Below, piece after piece: positions 10,487-23,319 of a DNA stretch of 64,000 nt; positions within the stretch are counted from its first letter, which is position 1, and every line of letters starts with the position of its first letter. The DNA lies in the NCBI GenBank assembly GCA_050294405.1, contig JBNKOC010000028.1, forward strand, positions 32,001 to 96,000, in the 5' to 3' direction. The position numbers were made by a program, and so were the translations under genes. The notes under the pieces were generated by a model. It saw only the letters and a program-made list of their open reading frames with translations. It ran no database searches and was not told the origin of the DNA. Source of the DNA: Fibrobacteria bacterium. Its GTDB lineage: Bacteria > Fibrobacterota > Fibrobacteria > UBA11236 > JADFYW01.

Positions 10487-12280
10487 TCAATTTAGTTTGG
10501 AATTGGCCAGTTTGTGGTTGGGATTTAATTTCAATATTAAAGCCCACTGCTCCTTAGCAGATTCCACTTCTCCTAATTCTTCCAGAATTAACGCCAAATG
10601 CTCAATAATAGTTACATCTTTAGTGCCGGTTGCCAAAGCCTTTTCAATATACTCTTTAGCCTTTTCAAAATTTTTAACCTTGTAATAATACCAACCTTTG
10701 GAATCCAAATAGGCCCCATTATTTGGTTCAGATTTTAAAGCCCGGTCTATGTATTTAATCGCCAAAGGAAGTTCTTTATTGGCTTCCACTAACATATATC
10801 CCAAATAATTTAAGGCGGCGGAATTGGCGGAATCAATGCTGATTAACTTTTTAAATGCTTCGATACTTTTATTTTCCTGTAGATTCCTTTCGTAAGCCAC
10901 CCCCAATTCAAACAAAACTTTAGGGTCGCCCGGCTCAATCTTAAGAGATTTTTTAAATTTTTCAATGGCCTTGCCACGCATGTAATTGGCCTTTTTGCCT
11001 AAACTGGAATCAGGCTCGGCCTTATTGCGCATTTCCCTATCCAGATACTCTGCGTTGCGGTTAAAAGAAATACCATACAAATACCAGGCATAGGGAGATT
11101 TTTCATGGTGGGTCACCATATCCTTAAAAAGCTTTATAGCCTCCGAATATTTTTCATCACGCATTAAAAATATGCCCAGTTTAGCCCAGTACTCCAGAAT
11201 ATTTTTATTCATGTTTACGGCTTTATGGTATTCCAGGCTGGCCAATGCTTTGTCCCCTAACATATCCCCGCATGAGGCTAGATAATAATGGTAAGTGGAG
11301 TTTTCGGGATACTCTTCAAGAAGTTTTAAAAAATAGCCTTTAGCCTCTTCGTACCTTTCTTTGAAAAAAAGCAATGTAGCGTAGGTATATACAAATTGTT
11401 CTTTTTCGGGATACTCCTTAACCAGCTCCTCGTAATATTGAAAGGCCGAATCGTTTTCTCCCATGGTTAAAAAGGCGCGCGCCACCTGAACTTTATAATA
11501 AATATTCCCTGGTTCTTGCTTGAAAAGAGTTTGATACACTTCCAGAAAGTTGCTGAACATTTCCAAAGATTCATAAACATTCGCCAATCTTTCTCCGAAA
11601 ATATTAAGCCCTGTTTCTTCCCAGGCAGCTTCATACATAGCCACCAGTTGTTTGTATTTCCCCTGGCTTTTGTATAGTTTGGCCATTTTATCCACCAAGC
11701 GTTCCGGGTAATCCACCAAAGGTAAAAGTTTGCTCAATACATCAGACTGCTCTGATATACTGCCTTCCTGTTCATATATGGTGAGAAGGGTGTATAATAC
11801 ATCCCGGTCATACTCATCTAATTTGCGGGCCTTTTTATAATATTCCACCGATTTACCCAAATGGCCCAAGCGCAAATAGGTTTCACCGAGAAGTTTGTAT
11901 TCATGTATATTCTCCTCACCATCAAGGCTCAAACCTCTTAGCCCAAATTCCAGGGCTTTTTTGTACTCTCCCATTTCCTTATGCTTGCGACTGAGAAAAA
12001 AACAAAGCTCCCTGCTTGTGGAGTCGTATTGAAAGGAAATAGTGTAAAAATCCAGGGCCACTTTTTCGTTTCCCAGCATTTCCTGGTGGCGGCCTCTCAC
12101 AAAAAATTCATGAGCCACCGACTTTCTGGTAGCGGATTCTACATCTTTGGATTTTTCCTTAGCAGCGCCCGAATTAGTGGCCGCAGGATTACCCGCACAG
12201 CCGATTAATAAAGCCAAGCCTCCTAAAAATCCTATTAATTTGTTAAATCCTGTTATTCCCATGGCTCTTTTAACATACAA
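10487..12280 (-). CDS. TPR-repeat lipoprotein (start may be 12262)
   Basis: Lipobox LIGC; many TPRs; ALNYLGY...AYLDSKGW. Confidence 0.85.
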   Translation of the reverse strand: MYVKRAMGITGFNKLIGFLGGLALLIGCAGNPAATNSGAAKEKSKDVESATRKSVAHEFFVRGRHQEMLGNEKVALDFYTISFQYDSTSRELCFFLSRKHKEMGEYKKALEFGLRGLSLDGEENIHEYKLLGETYLRLGHLGKSVEYYKKARKLDEYDRDVLYTLLTIYEQEGSISEQSDVLSKLLPLVDYPERLVDKMAKLYKSQGKYKQLVAMYEAAWEETGLNIFGERLANVYESLEMFSNFLEVYQTLFKQEPGNIYYKVQVARAFLTMGENDSAFQYYEELVKEYPEKEQFVYTYATLLFFKERYEEAKGYFLKLLEEYPENSTYHYYLASCGDMLGDKALASLEYHKAVNMNKNILEYWAKLGIFLMRDEKYSEAIKLFKDMVTHHEKSPYAWYLYGISFNRNAEYLDREMRNKAEPDSSLGKKANYMRGKAIEKFKKSLKIEPGDPKVLFELGVAYERNLQENKSIEAFKKLISIDSANSAALNYLGYMLVEANKELPLAIKYIDRALKSEPNNGAYLDSKGWYYYKVKNFEKAKEYIEKALATGTKDVTIIEHLALILEELGEVESAKEQWALILKLNPNHKLANSKLN

Positions 12281-12312
12281 AGTTGAATGTTTTGCTTCTA
12301 ACTACCTTATCC

Positions 12313-13071
12313 TTATTCCTTGGAAACAATCAAGTGAATGCTTTTTTCCTTGTCCAGACTAAACCCAGGGGCCGGTGTTTGGCTCAAAACCGTTTTTGGC
12401 AACTGCTTGGAATCTTTTTTGTATTCCACTTTTTTCAGTTTCAGTCCCCAGGTAGCCATAATTCTTTTTGCCTTTGCCAGAGAAAGTCCAATTAAGCGGG
12501 GCGCACTGTCTTTTTTTAGGGCCATCCCGCTACTGGCGTATAAAACCACCGAGGTGTTGGCTTCAATCACTTCTCCGCTTTTTGGTTCAGATTTATAAAC
12601 TACTCCCATGGGAATATTTCGGCTTTTGCGCCATCGTATCTCCCCCAGTTCGAGCCCCATTTGTTGAAGTGTGATTTCACATTGCCGAATACTTTGGCCT
12701 TTAAATTCAGGAAGTGTTATTTGTTTCAAACCTTTGCTCACCGTAGCCCAGACTCGCCTACCCTCTTTTACTTTGGCCTCAGGCAAGGGGCGCTGCTTCA
12801 TAATATTTCCGGCATCAATATCCTGGGAAAACTCAGCAGCCGAATCAATAATTAGGGTTAAATCCAGGCGGGACAACTCATCTTTGGCTTCATCAGGAGT
12901 TTTTCCCTTTAAATCCGGAACAGAAACCGTTTCCTTAAAAGAGCCTGTTAGCCAGGGCATTACAAAAAAATCAAACAAGCCTCCTAAAAGAAGACAAATC
13001 AGTCCCCAAATCCAAATAGCCTTTACGGCGGGTTTAGATAAAATCTCCCACAGCTTTTGCATTAAATTCAA
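12313..13071 (-). CDS. Membrane-anchored triple-PASTA-domain protein
   Basis: One TM helix, then VPDLKGKT, LPEFKGQS, APRLIGLS PASTA starts. Confidence 0.88.
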   Translation of the reverse strand: MNLMQKLWEILSKPAVKAIWIWGLICLLLGGLFDFFVMPWLTGSFKETVSVPDLKGKTPDEAKDELSRLDLTLIIDSAAEFSQDIDAGNIMKQRPLPEAKVKEGRRVWATVSKGLKQITLPEFKGQSIRQCEITLQQMGLELGEIRWRKSRNIPMGVVYKSEPKSGEVIEANTSVVLYASSGMALKKDSAPRLIGLSLAKAKRIMATWGLKLKKVEYKKDSKQLPKTVLSQTPAPGFSLDKEKSIHLIVSKE

Positions 13072-13127
13072 ATTAATTATTGATTATGGGATTGGTTAGG
13101 ATTTTCAAAATTTTCCCAATTTCCCAA

Positions 13128-13826
13128 TTAAATACCCAGTTTTAATTCAGACTCGTGAAGGATATAAAGATCCTTTCCCGAAAGAGCAATACTTCCCTTT
13201 TTTTGCAGGTTGCCCAAAACCCTGGAAACGGTTTCTCGGGTAGTACCAGACATTTCGGCCAATTGTTGCTGAGAGGGGCGGTTGTGGATAACCACCACAG
13301 AAGTGCCATCTTTTAACCTGGTTCGAACACCCTGCTCTTCCATAAGCTGCAATATGGTAGCGGCAATCCGTCCATAAACACTCATTAGTGCCAAACTGGA
13401 AATTTGACGATTAGCTTTCCTCAAACGTTTGGACATTTCCACCAACAGCGTCATGGAAAGCTCAGGGAGTTTTTTAAGCTCTTCTAAAAAGTCCTCCCGG
13501 CGGATAGTTACAAGCTCTGAGCGTTCCACCGCTTTTACCGAGGCTGAACGGGGATCTCCATCTAACAAAGACATTTCTCCAAAAAAATCGCCTTCTTTTA
13601 GCAGAGCCAAAATAGCTTCGCGCCCCTCAATTCCAGATATAAATACCTTTACCTGCCCGGAAGCGATAATAAAAAAAGATTGATTGCTATCATCATCTTC
13701 CAGAATAATGACCTCATCTTTTTCATAAAACTTATTAATAGCCATGTTGGACAAAACCTCGAGTTGGCTGTCGTCCAAGGCTGAGAATAAATCCACTCCT
13801 TTTAATAACTCGGTAATATCTGCCAT
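13128..13826 (-). CDS. Crp/Fnr family regulator, CRP-like
   Basis: cNMP pocket FGEMSLLDGDPRSASV; HTH SQQQLAEMSGTTRETVSR. Confidence 0.93.
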   Translation of the reverse strand: MADITELLKGVDLFSALDDSQLEVLSNMAINKFYEKDEVIILEDDDSNQSFFIIASGQVKVFISGIEGREAILALLKEGDFFGEMSLLDGDPRSASVKAVERSELVTIRREDFLEELKKLPELSMTLLVEMSKRLRKANRQISSLALMSVYGRIAATILQLMEEQGVRTRLKDGTSVVVIHNRPSQQQLAEMSGTTRETVSRVLGNLQKKGSIALSGKDLYILHESELKLGI

Positions 13827-13840
13827 GAAACCAGGTAACC

Positions 13841-14353
13841 TTAAATTTTATACTTCATTAACAAACGCTTAACTTCGGAGCCTAATTTTTCATCTTCGGC
13901 TTCAGCCAATTTCTGCAGAGCCTTCATATGATCACGCAACTCATTGGTAAAGGAATTACAGGTGCTGGCCATATGCTCCCAATAATCCGAATCGCGCATA
14001 CCAAGATTAACTGTGAGGTCCCCTTTTTTCAGGCTTTCAGACCATTTTTCCACTTTAAAAATCGGAAGCGCCACTTTACGGGAAGCATATGTTCCCACTA
14101 TGGCACCCACAACAAGGGAAACGCCTGTGGCCACCCAAAATCCCGGATATGTTGCTTTTAAATAATACCATGCCGTGCGCAGCCCCTCTAAACCGTCTAT
14201 ATCAACCCGGATAATAAGAAATATCAGCCCCAAGGAACAAAAGGAGGCAACCAGAGATGTTACGATAAACATCAAGGTTAATCGAAATTGAAGGCCGGGC
14301 TTTATAAAGAAATTTATAAGGGGGCGTCTTTTGTATTTTTCCTGGGAATTCAT
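13841..14353 (-). CDS. Small 2-TM HAMP-domain membrane protein
   Basis: FIKPGLQFR, SRKVALPIFK...GDLT...RDSD; GAGGTG RBS before ATG 14353. Confidence 0.65.
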   Translation of the reverse strand: MNSQEKYKRRPLINFFIKPGLQFRLTLMFIVTSLVASFCSLGLIFLIIRVDIDGLEGLRTAWYYLKATYPGFWVATGVSLVVGAIVGTYASRKVALPIFKVEKWSESLKKGDLTVNLGMRDSDYWEHMASTCNSFTNELRDHMKALQKLAEAEDEKLGSEVKRLLMKYKI

Positions 14354-14542
14354 AATCACCTCGTTTTGCAAACTTCCTTTTTTAACACACAAAGGGAATT
14401 ATTAACCACGCCCTCCGCAGGGAGAAATCATTTTCATTTATTGTAAATTAAATTTATTTGGAATGGAAACTTATTTTTTGTTCTAAAATAAAAAATAAGG
14501 CTTTTAACAAAAAATAAGCCGTCCTAATTAATTTAAGGCTGC

Positions 14543-15847
14543 TTATTTGGCAGAAACCATTGATTCTGAGCTTTCCACCGAAATAGTCTGGTGTCTTTTC
14601 GGCCCCAGAGAAATCATGCCAATGGGCACATCGATTTTTTCCGAAAGAGTCGTCAAATAGTTTTTGGCGTTTTGCGGCAAATCTTCCCAATTGGTGATGT
14701 CTTTTGTGGACTCATTCCATCCGGGTACCGATTCGTATATTGGCTCCACTTCTTCTAACAACTCGGACTGACAGGGAAAATTCTCCACAACCTTTCCATT
14801 GATGTTATAGCCCACACACATTTTGATTTCATCAAAATTATCCATAACATCCATTTTGGTTATGGCTAGGTGAGTAAGGCCGTTTACCATAGCCGCTTTT
14901 TTAAGCAGCACTAAATCCACCCAACCGCAGCGACGCGGCCGTCCGGTGGTGGCCCCAAATTCATGTCCCTGGGTTTGCAATTTTTCTCCTAAGGAATCGT
15001 TGAGTTCTGTGGGAAAAGGCCCATTGCCTACACGGGTGGTATAAGCCTTTACAACGCCCACCACTTCATGTATATGGCGGGGTCCGATACCTGAACCCAC
15101 GCAAGCAGCGGCAGCTACCGTGTTGGAGGAAGTAATATAAGGATGCGTTCCATGGTCCAGATCCAAAAAGGTGCCCTGGGCGCCTTCAAACAAAATGTTT
15201 TTCCCAGCTTTTATAGAGTTGTTTAAGTAAACAATAGTGTCGCTTACATAGGGTTTTAAAGCTCGGCCATATTCGATGTACTCCTCGTAAATTTCCGAGG
15301 CAGAAAGGGATGACTCGCCATACAACTTTTGAATATGGCTGTTATACATTTCAGTTATGGAATAAAGCTTGGATTTAAAACCCTTCTCATCCATCAAATC
15401 ACAAATGCGAAGGCCTACTCGTCTTACTTTATCTGTATAAGCAGGCCCAATTCCCCGGCCAGTGGTGCCAATGGCATTTTTTCCAGCGGCAATTTCATTG
15501 AGCTGGTCCATTTTTTTGTGAAAGGGAAAAACCACATGGGCCGATTCCGATAAAAACAACCTGCCGGTAAAATCAATATTTTTTTCTTCCAGCTCTTTGA
15601 GCTCCAAGAGAATCTGTTTAGGGTCAAGTACCACACCGTTACTGATAACGCATACTTTTTCGGGACGCATAATACCTGATGGTACCAAATGAAAAACATA
15701 TTTTTCATCGCCCACTTCCACAGTGTGGCCGGCATTGGCTCCACCTTGAAAGCGAACTACAATATCCGCATCTTCCGTTAAATAGTCGACAACTTTCGCT
15801 TTACCTTCATCTCCCCACTGGGAGCCGATAACCACTCTGTTAGGCAT
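14543..15847 (-). CDS. purA: Adenylosuccinate synthetase
   Basis: QWGDEGKAK, GGANAGHT, FEGAQG, GATTGRPRRCGW. Confidence 0.98.
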   Translation of the reverse strand: MPNRVVIGSQWGDEGKAKVVDYLTEDADIVVRFQGGANAGHTVEVGDEKYVFHLVPSGIMRPEKVCVISNGVVLDPKQILLELKELEEKNIDFTGRLFLSESAHVVFPFHKKMDQLNEIAAGKNAIGTTGRGIGPAYTDKVRRVGLRICDLMDEKGFKSKLYSITEMYNSHIQKLYGESSLSASEIYEEYIEYGRALKPYVSDTIVYLNNSIKAGKNILFEGAQGTFLDLDHGTHPYITSSNTVAAAACVGSGIGPRHIHEVVGVVKAYTTRVGNGPFPTELNDSLGEKLQTQGHEFGATTGRPRRCGWVDLVLLKKAAMVNGLTHLAITKMDVMDNFDEIKMCVGYNINGKVVENFPCQSELLEEVEPIYESVPGWNESTKDITNWEDLPQNAKNYLTTLSEKIDVPIGMISLGPKRHQTISVESSESMVSAK

Positions 15848-15942
15848 TCCAATTTTCCTTCAATTAGTACGCTTTTGCGCACGGATTATTTCCACATCTT
15901 TTTATAGGGAAGATACTAAAGCAGCTCCCCCCACTCAAATTC

Positions 15943-17880
<1,938 letters not shown>

Positions 17881-17890
17881 TTACCTTGGA

Positions 17891-18187
17891 TTAAACAAAC
17901 ACAATTTCCTGAACGAGATTGCCCCTTAAAAATTCATTTATCTTTTGCGTGATTTCCTGCTTTTTGAAGCGAAGTTCCATCACCCAAACCGCACTTTCAA
18001 CTTTCACCTTTATAACCGGAGGTTTAAACTCCACCAACTGCATAACCTGGGCCAGGCGGGTTCCAAAAATTTTTTCCCAGCCAGCTTTCAATTTTAATTC
18101 CTGCCCATATTTAGATACATTGCTGTCGTCTAATATTTTTTCAATTACAGTGCTAAGTGGAACAGGGCTTCCCTTGCGTGGAATCAT
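17891..18187 (-). CDS. DUF721 / DciA-family protein
   Basis: WEKIFG...VESAVWVMELRFKKQEITQKIN; typical position between recF and gyrB. Confidence 0.8.
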   Translation of the reverse strand: MIPRKGSPVPLSTVIEKILDDSNVSKYGQELKLKAGWEKIFGTRLAQVMQLVEFKPPVIKVKVESAVWVMELRFKKQEITQKINEFLRGNLVQEIVFV

Positions 18188-19284
18188 TTAACCTGTCCCT
18201 CGGCGTTAAGCTCAATAATTTTTTCAACTTCAAAAGGAATATCCTTTTGCCGGGGAGAGGCCATTATCACCTGATGTTCATGACCAATTATATGGCTCAA
18301 GCGATTTCTTTTCCCTTCATCCAATTCCGAAAACACATCATCCAGCAATAATATGGGAGGGTACCCAAATTCCCCTTTTAAAACTTCCGAAGAGGCCAAT
18401 TTTAAGCTAATAGCAATTAGCCGCCTTTGACCTTGCGAGCCAAAATCACTTGCTTTGCGGCCCTTGAGCAAAAGTAATAAATTGTCGCGGTGGGGGCCAA
18501 TGGTTGTTGTTTTTAACAGTCTTTCATATTCGGCATTTTCCTTCAATTTATGCCAAAATTCCTGCCGAATTGTTGACTCGTTCTCATTCAGATTATCCAA
18601 GAAACTCTCATATTCAATCTCAAATTTAATGTCCGCCTGTTCGGTCACCTTTTTAAATACTTCTTCCACATGTGGGCTAAAACGAAGCCCAAAGTTATAC
18701 CTTTCTTTAAGAATTCGGGCTCCCGTTTCACAAAGCTGCCCGGATAGCACCTCTAAAATTTCTGGGCTGTATTTAAAGCTTTCTTTTAGGGCTGTATTTC
18801 TCTGTTTTAATATGCGCCCATAGTCTCTTAAATCAGACAAATAATTAGATGATATCTGACACAATAAACCATCTAAAAAGCGTCGCCTGTAACTGGGGCC
18901 CTCGTTTACTAATAAAATATCATCGGGCAATAAAATCACGCTGGGGACTTTTCCCATTAAGTCGGACATTTTGTGGCTGCGTTCGCCATTTATTTGGACT
19001 GTTTTTTCACCGGAATTTTGATACAAAAGGGAATGTGCTTGGACTTTATCTTCACTTAAGCTTATTTCGCAGCGCAATACAAACTCATCTTCCCCCCAGC
19101 GTATCAATTCCTTTTCTTTTCGGGTTATGGGAGAGTACCCATTACTAAGTAAAAAAATGGCTTCCAGCAGGGTGGATTTGCCCATGCCGTTGGCTCCCAC
19201 AATAAGATTAAAGCCTGGGGAAAACTCAAATTTCTGCTCGGGATAAGCCCGGAAGTTTTGCAAAAACAAATTGTTTAACTTCAT
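18184..19284 (-). CDS. recF: DNA replication/repair protein RecF
   Basis: NFRAY, GANGMGKST, GPHRD, GSQGQ, LLLDDVFSELD. Confidence 0.96.
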   Translation of the reverse strand: MKLNNLFLQNFRAYPEQKFEFSPGFNLIVGANGMGKSTLLEAIFLLSNGYSPITRKEKELIRWGEDEFVLRCEISLSEDKVQAHSLLYQNSGEKTVQINGERSHKMSDLMGKVPSVILLPDDILLVNEGPSYRRRFLDGLLCQISSNYLSDLRDYGRILKQRNTALKESFKYSPEILEVLSGQLCETGARILKERYNFGLRFSPHVEEVFKKVTEQADIKFEIEYESFLDNLNENESTIRQEFWHKLKENAEYERLLKTTTIGPHRDNLLLLLKGRKASDFGSQGQRRLIAISLKLASSEVLKGEFGYPPILLLDDVFSELDEGKRNRLSHIIGHEHQVIMASPRQKDIPFEVEKIIELNAEGQVK

Positions 19285-19296
19285 GAAGCTTATGGT

Positions 19297-20652
19297 CTAT
19301 TTTCCAATGCAAAACTCTGAAAATATGTTTTTTAATATTTCTTCAGAAGAATACTCTCCAATTAATTCGGCCAGCTGATTGCGGCACTCGCGAATTTCAA
19401 AAGCCAGTATTTCCACGGCAGGCTGGGCCTTGATATTTTCCAAAGCAGCCTGGGCATTAGCCAAAGCTTTTTTTAAACAGTGGTATTGCCGTTCGTTCAC
19501 AATAAACAGCTCTTCTGAAGGATTTGAGTCTTTGAAAAAATATTGGTTAATTAATTCCAATAGTTCCAAAACTCCTTCGCCTGTTAAACTGGAAAGGGCT
19601 AAGCCATCTGGATCCGTTTTAAAATTGGGTAAATCGGCTTTTGTATGCACCACTATGGTTTTTGTTTGAAGGTTATCTTTTTCCAGGGATAAGTCTTTTA
19701 AAGTATCAGTGGAAATTTTTTCTCTCAGACTTCCATCTTGCAAATAGACAAGCAAGTCCGCTTTTTCCAAGGCTGCCCTGGTAAACTCCATAGCCTTTGA
19801 ATCCAGCATATCCACCGCTTGATTCGCCACTCCAGCCGTATCCACCAGCCATACTTTTCCGGATTGCAACTGGAGAGGAATCTCTATGTAATCCCTGGTA
19901 GTGCCTGGTTGTTCGGAAACCATTACGCGATTTTCATTTAAAATGGCATTGATTAAACTGGATTTTCCCGCATTGGGGGCGCCCCAAATAACCACTCTGG
20001 GTTCTTGAAAAAGCCGCTTGCCCCGCTCCCATGTATTGAGAATATTTTCAATTGATTTGGCTGTTTCTTCTAAAACAGGTTCCCATTCCTCATATGCGGG
20101 ATCCGCCTCTTCCTCGGAAAAATCCACATCCAGTTCTAATTTAGTTGAAATATAATTCAATTTGTTTTTCAAATCCTTTAAGGGTTCGGCAAGTTCGCCT
20201 TTCAAAATACGGTTGGCGTTTTGAAGACTAACATCATTACTTGCTGAGAGTAAAGAAGCGGTGGCCTCCACCTGTAACAAATCCATTTTTCCGTTTTCAT
20301 AGCCTCTTTGAACAAACTCCCCTTTTTGGGCCAGACGCATCTGAGGCAATTCTAAAATACAATCCAAAATCTTACGGATAATATAGGGGTTTCCATGGGG
20401 AAAGATCTCCAGCATGTCCTCAGCTGTAGCCGTAGTGGGACCCGGCAAATAAACATAACATAGACTATCTATTTGTTTTTGATGAGCCTTGTCCCAAAAT
20501 TGCCCATAAGTCATTTTCCTGGGAACTGGATTGTTGTTGTTAAGGAAGCTTTGGACAACTTCCAAGCAAGCATCGCCGGATAGCCGCAAAACTGCTATTC
20601 CAGACAAACCCGGGGGTGTGGAAAGGGCAATTATGGTATCGGCAAAACTCAA
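19297..20652 (-). CDS. mnmE: tRNA modification GTPase MnmE
   Basis: DTIIALST, GAPNAGKSS, GTTRD, DTAG, terminal FCIGK. Confidence 0.96.
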   Translation of the reverse strand: MSFADTIIALSTPPGLSGIAVLRLSGDACLEVVQSFLNNNNPVPRKMTYGQFWDKAHQKQIDSLCYVYLPGPTTATAEDMLEIFPHGNPYIIRKILDCILELPQMRLAQKGEFVQRGYENGKMDLLQVEATASLLSASNDVSLQNANRILKGELAEPLKDLKNKLNYISTKLELDVDFSEEEADPAYEEWEPVLEETAKSIENILNTWERGKRLFQEPRVVIWGAPNAGKSSLINAILNENRVMVSEQPGTTRDYIEIPLQLQSGKVWLVDTAGVANQAVDMLDSKAMEFTRAALEKADLLVYLQDGSLREKISTDTLKDLSLEKDNLQTKTIVVHTKADLPNFKTDPDGLALSSLTGEGVLELLELINQYFFKDSNPSEELFIVNERQYHCLKKALANAQAALENIKAQPAVEILAFEIRECRNQLAELIGEYSSEEILKNIFSEFCIGK

Positions 20653-20674
20653 TATTGCCCCTTTGAATTAAAGC

Positions 20675-22477
20675 TTAGGAAGCTTTGGCCCCTTTATTTT
20701 TTTTGCTCACCACGTTAGCTGGTAATTTCCTCTTAGAATCTTCCACCGGAGCTGAGGGCTTGTTTCTTTTCAACAGCTTGGTTTGGCCAATGGTAAAAAC
20801 ATTGGAAACAGTCCAGTATAAAACAAGTCCCGATGGAAATGAGGCGGAGAAAAAGAACATCATAATGGGCATCATATAAACCATCGCTTTTTGATTTGGG
20901 TCGGTGATGGTCATTTTAGTTTGGAAAAACATGGTAATAGCCATAAAAAAGGGCAGAATGGTTAAGCCCATTGGGAACAAAAATGGAACTTGAACAGCTG
21001 TTGTTATCACATCTGGCTGGGATAAATCGCCAATCCAGGCGAAAAATGGTGCCCCTCTAAGTTCCACAGCCCGTCCTAAAACGTTAAAAAGGGCAATAAA
21101 TACGGGCATCTGCATAAACATGGGCAAACAGCCAATGATAAAGCCCGCTTGGCTGACCCCTTTTTCTTTATACAGTTCCCTTTGCGCTTGAAACATTTTT
21201 TGGGGGTTACTCTTATATTTTTCCCGCAACTCTTTTAGTGCCGGGGCCAACTCCTGCTGCTTGGACATAGCCTTGGTTTGGCTAACAGTAAGTGGAAGAA
21301 GTATCAAGCGCACCAGGAGAGTCAAAAATATAATGGCAATGCCATAATTGGGTATCCACTGATGGAACTTGTTTAAAAGATTGAGTACCAGCCCGCATAA
21401 TTTGGGATACCACAAGTCGGCACCAAAAAACCAGGAATAGCCAGAGAACAAAATTTTCTCGTAACCCTCTTTGTATTGGCTTAGTTCGCTGTGAATAAGG
21501 GGAAGCACCACAAAATCAAAGTTTAAATCTTTGGGATTAAAATCATTTCCGCTCACAGCTATAGAATAGGTGGGCTGAGAAAATTCGTCGCTGGGCTTTA
21601 AAGATTTGGCGCTGATTTTATTTTGGGTGTCCCTGTTAAAGTTTATTACCGCAGCCACATATTTGCGGCGAAGGCCAACCCAACGAACCACACCAAACTG
21701 CTCATTAAAAGTTTTTTCATCTTTAAATGTTTCACGAGAAACATTTTGCTCTCCCAGATTCAAAACCAGCTCACTAAAAAAGTTGCTGTTTAAACCAAAA
21801 CCCTTGCCCTTGGGAACTTTTTCGGTTTCAATTAAACCGTTTTCCCAGGCAATTTTATAGCTGGTTACATCCAAATTGCCAATGGTAAGCTTGTGGCCAA
21901 TTTTAAATTCAGTCCCAAAAAAGCTATAGGAACGGGAAATTTCTTCGCCACTAATGTTTGTTTTGAATTCCATTGATTTTTTTCCCTCTGTGAGAAAAAT
22001 ACTATCCGGGTATTCCGAGGCAAACTCCCAGGTAATTTCCCCTAAATTCACTTTTTCCAGCTGTATTTGGCCTAAACCATTTGGTTCTTTAATTAAGGGA
22101 TGGATTTCTGATTTGGATTCCTTGTACAAGCCTTTTAGATACACATCTTGAATGGCAGCACCTTTATTGCTTATGCCCACCACAAAATTATCTGTTATCA
22201 CCCAAACTTTTCGTTCTGGGATAACAGCAGCTTCCATACTGTCAGTAAGAGCACTATCGGCATTTGCTGTTTCAGCCTTTTCCTTAACCGCTAATTCTGG
22301 GGTTTTTAAAGATTCTTTTTTAGGCTCTTTAATTTCCTCTTCTAAGTTAGCCAAGCTATCTGCAATGGCTTTTTTTCGCAATGCTTGTTTTTCTTCCAGT
22401 TCCTTTTGCTGATACTGAAACCAAACCAAGATGATTCCAAAAATCAGAAACCAGCCAATAAACCGTGTTTTATCCAA
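20675..22477 (-). CDS. yidC: Membrane protein insertase YidC
   Basis: [32 protein letters not shown]; likely TTG start at 22477 overlapping the yidD stop. Confidence 0.94.
   Translation of the reverse strand: MDKTRFIGWFLIFGIILVWFQYQQKELEEKQALRKKAIADSLANLEEEIKEPKKESLKTPELAVKEKAETANADSALTDSMEAAVIPERKVWVITDNFVVGISNKGAAIQDVYLKGLYKESKSEIHPLIKEPNGLGQIQLEKVNLGEITWEFASEYPDSIFLTEGKKSMEFKTNISGEEISRSYSFFGTEFKIGHKLTIGNLDVTSYKIAWENGLIETEKVPKGKGFGLNSNFFSELVLNLGEQNVSRETFKDEKTFNEQFGVVRWVGLRRKYVAAVINFNRDTQNKISAKSLKPSDEFSQPTYSIAVSGNDFNPKDLNFDFVVLPLIHSELSQYKEGYEKILFSGYSWFFGADLWYPKLCGLVLNLLNKFHQWIPNYGIAIIFLTLLVRLILLPLTVSQTKAMSKQQELAPALKELREKYKSNPQKMFQAQRELYKEKGVSQAGFIIGCLPMFMQMPVFIALFNVLGRAVELRGAPFFAWIGDLSQPDVITTAVQVPFLFPMGLTILPFFMAITMFFQTKMTITDPNQKAMVYMMPIMMFFFSASFPSGLVLYWTVSNVFTIGQTKLLKRNKPSAPVEDSKRKLPANVVSKKNKGAKAS
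21728..21743. promoter_or_regulatory. parS site (1 mismatch) inside yidC
   Basis: TGTTTCACGAGAAACA vs consensus TGTTTCACGTGAAACA. Confidence 0.7.
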
Positions 22478-22715
22478 AATAAGACCCTTTTTTTGATGAT
22501 TTTGGGTGAGGTACAGGATCGTAGCCCGAAGCCCCAAAAGGATGACAGCGCAAAATGCGCTTTAAACCTAAAAATAATCCCCGGAACACCCCGTGCTCTT
22601 TTACGGCCTCAACTGTGTATTGGGAGCAGGTTGGGTGGTAGCGGCAACATCCAGTAAAAAAAGAGTGATGCAATACCTGATACATCTGGATGAGCCATAT
22701 AACTAGGAGTTTCAT
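22470..22715 (-). CDS. yidD: Membrane protein insertion efficiency factor
   Basis: [24 protein letters not shown]. Confidence 0.95.
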   Translation of the reverse strand: MKLLVIWLIQMYQVLHHSFFTGCCRYHPTCSQYTVEAVKEHGVFRGLFLGLKRILRCHPFGASGYDPVPHPKSSKKGSYFG

Positions 22716-22728
22716 AGGGAACTAAATA

Positions 22729-23061
22729 TTAAACTTTTTTCAGTAAATTCGTAGCCTCAAGGCGAAAATCAGGGGGAGTCAATTCACGACTGGCGGGTTT
22801 AACATCCATTAAAACCCAAATTGAGCGATTTAGCTGAGAACTGAAACTAAAAAATACTTCGCGCAATATTCGACGGAGCCGGTTTCGAACCACTGCATTT
22901 CCAATTTTTTTGCGAATAATAAAACCTACCCGGGAGCTCTCTTCCTTTTCAGGGTAGTGAACCGAGAAGCTAAAATAAGAGCTGTGGAATTTTTGGTGCG
23001 CCGGCAGAAGCTGGTATCTAATATGTTTGGAAAGCAAACGATGCTTGGCCAGCCGTGCCAT
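22729..23061 (-). CDS. rnpA: Ribonuclease P protein component
   Basis: RVGFIIRKKIGNAVVRNRLRRILRE. Confidence 0.93.
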   Translation of the reverse strand: MARLAKHRLLSKHIRYQLLPAHQKFHSSYFSFSVHYPEKEESSRVGFIIRKKIGNAVVRNRLRRILREVFFSFSSQLNRSIWVLMDVKPASRELTPPDFRLEATNLLKKV

Positions 23062-23081
23062 GGATAAGTTTAGCCCAAAAA

Positions 23082-23222
23082 TTAATGGCTAACAGAAACC
23101 CGGACGCGACCTTTTGCCCGGCGGCGATTTAAAACCGCTCTGCCATTAGCAGTAGCCATACGCGCTCTGAAACCGTGTTTGTTGGCTCTTTTTCTTTTTG
23201 ATGGTTGAAAAGTTCTTTTCAT
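23082..23222 (-). CDS. rpmH: 50S ribosomal protein L34
   Basis: Not in ORF track; [46 protein letters not shown]. Confidence 0.98.
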   Translation of the reverse strand: MKRTFQPSKRKRANKHGFRARMATANGRAVLNRRRAKGRVRVSVSH

Positions 23223-23246
23223 TTAAAAATCCTTTAAGTTGGGGTG

Positions 23247-23278
23247 CAAATTTAATACGAATGTTTCTTTTTTTCAAG
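23247..23278 (-). promoter_or_regulatory. Putative -33/-7 promoter of the rpmH operon
   Basis: Minus strand CTTG-N20-TAAATTTG, matching Bacteroidetes TTTG/TAnnTTTG. Confidence 0.65.
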
Positions 23279-23319
23279 GAAAGGTTTAATATTATTTTCA
23301 TTAATTTCTACCTGGAAAA

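Noticed and set aside
23223..23319. oriC at the classical position next to rpmH
   Set aside because: Gap is under 100 bp, with no DnaA boxes and no dnaA
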